Position numbers and translations under genes: made by a program
The notes under the pieces: model-generated
Seen by the model: the letters and a program-made list of their open reading frames with translations, nothing else
Database searches by the model: none
What the model was told of the DNA's origin: nothing
Source of the DNA: the human T2T-CHM13v2.0 reference genome, Homo sapiens
Assembly (NCBI RefSeq): GCF_009914755.1
Contig: NC_060926.1
DNA: 64,000 bases
Direction: 5' to 3' (one strand)
Shown here: piece by piece, positions 63,932-64,000 of the stretch
Numbering within the stretch: position 1 is the first letter of the stretch
How the letters are laid out: each line of letters begins with the position of its first letter

Positions 63932-64000
63932 TTTTTTTTTTTTTTTTTTTTTTTGAGATGGAGTCTCACTCTGTCACCTAGGCTGGAGTGCAGTGGAATG
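63932..64000 (-). mobile_element. Alu cut by the window edge
   Basis: T tail followed by GAGATGGAGTCTCACTCTGTCACC. Confidence 0.85.

Overview
This is human (or very close hominid) genomic DNA: about 60 Alus, an SVA, a solo LTR12, MaLR LTRs, L1 fragments and one CpG island. The only protein-coding gene I can support is the 5' end of ATL2 (atlastin-2, ER-fusion GTPase) on the minus strand. Canonical coding exon 1 is 6143-6026 ([39 protein letters not shown]|G), and positions 1-6025 are intron 1. The intron holds a second, phase-compatible first coding exon (5062-4999, MVLKKGIKFFQRLINSKSLRF|G, perfect GTAAGT donor), too short for the ORF track. It lies just downstream of a MEF2/TATA-like element. 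The other ~57 kb is repeat-dense upstream/intergenic DNA. Nearly all ORF-track entries are Alu, SVA, LTR or microsatellite artefacts. I did not find a new multi-gene system. The best leads are the alternative amphipathic ATL2 N-terminus, an in-frame 21-bp promoter repeat, and several retrotransposon rearrangements: one target site used repeatedly by Alu and SVA, an AluYa5 that seems to have deleted part of its host, an inverted MER4 patchwork, a templated insertion and conversion between inverted Alus. Gene and repeat-family names come from my recall of sequences, not from a database search. Repeat boundaries are approximate unless target-site duplications (TSDs) are quoted.
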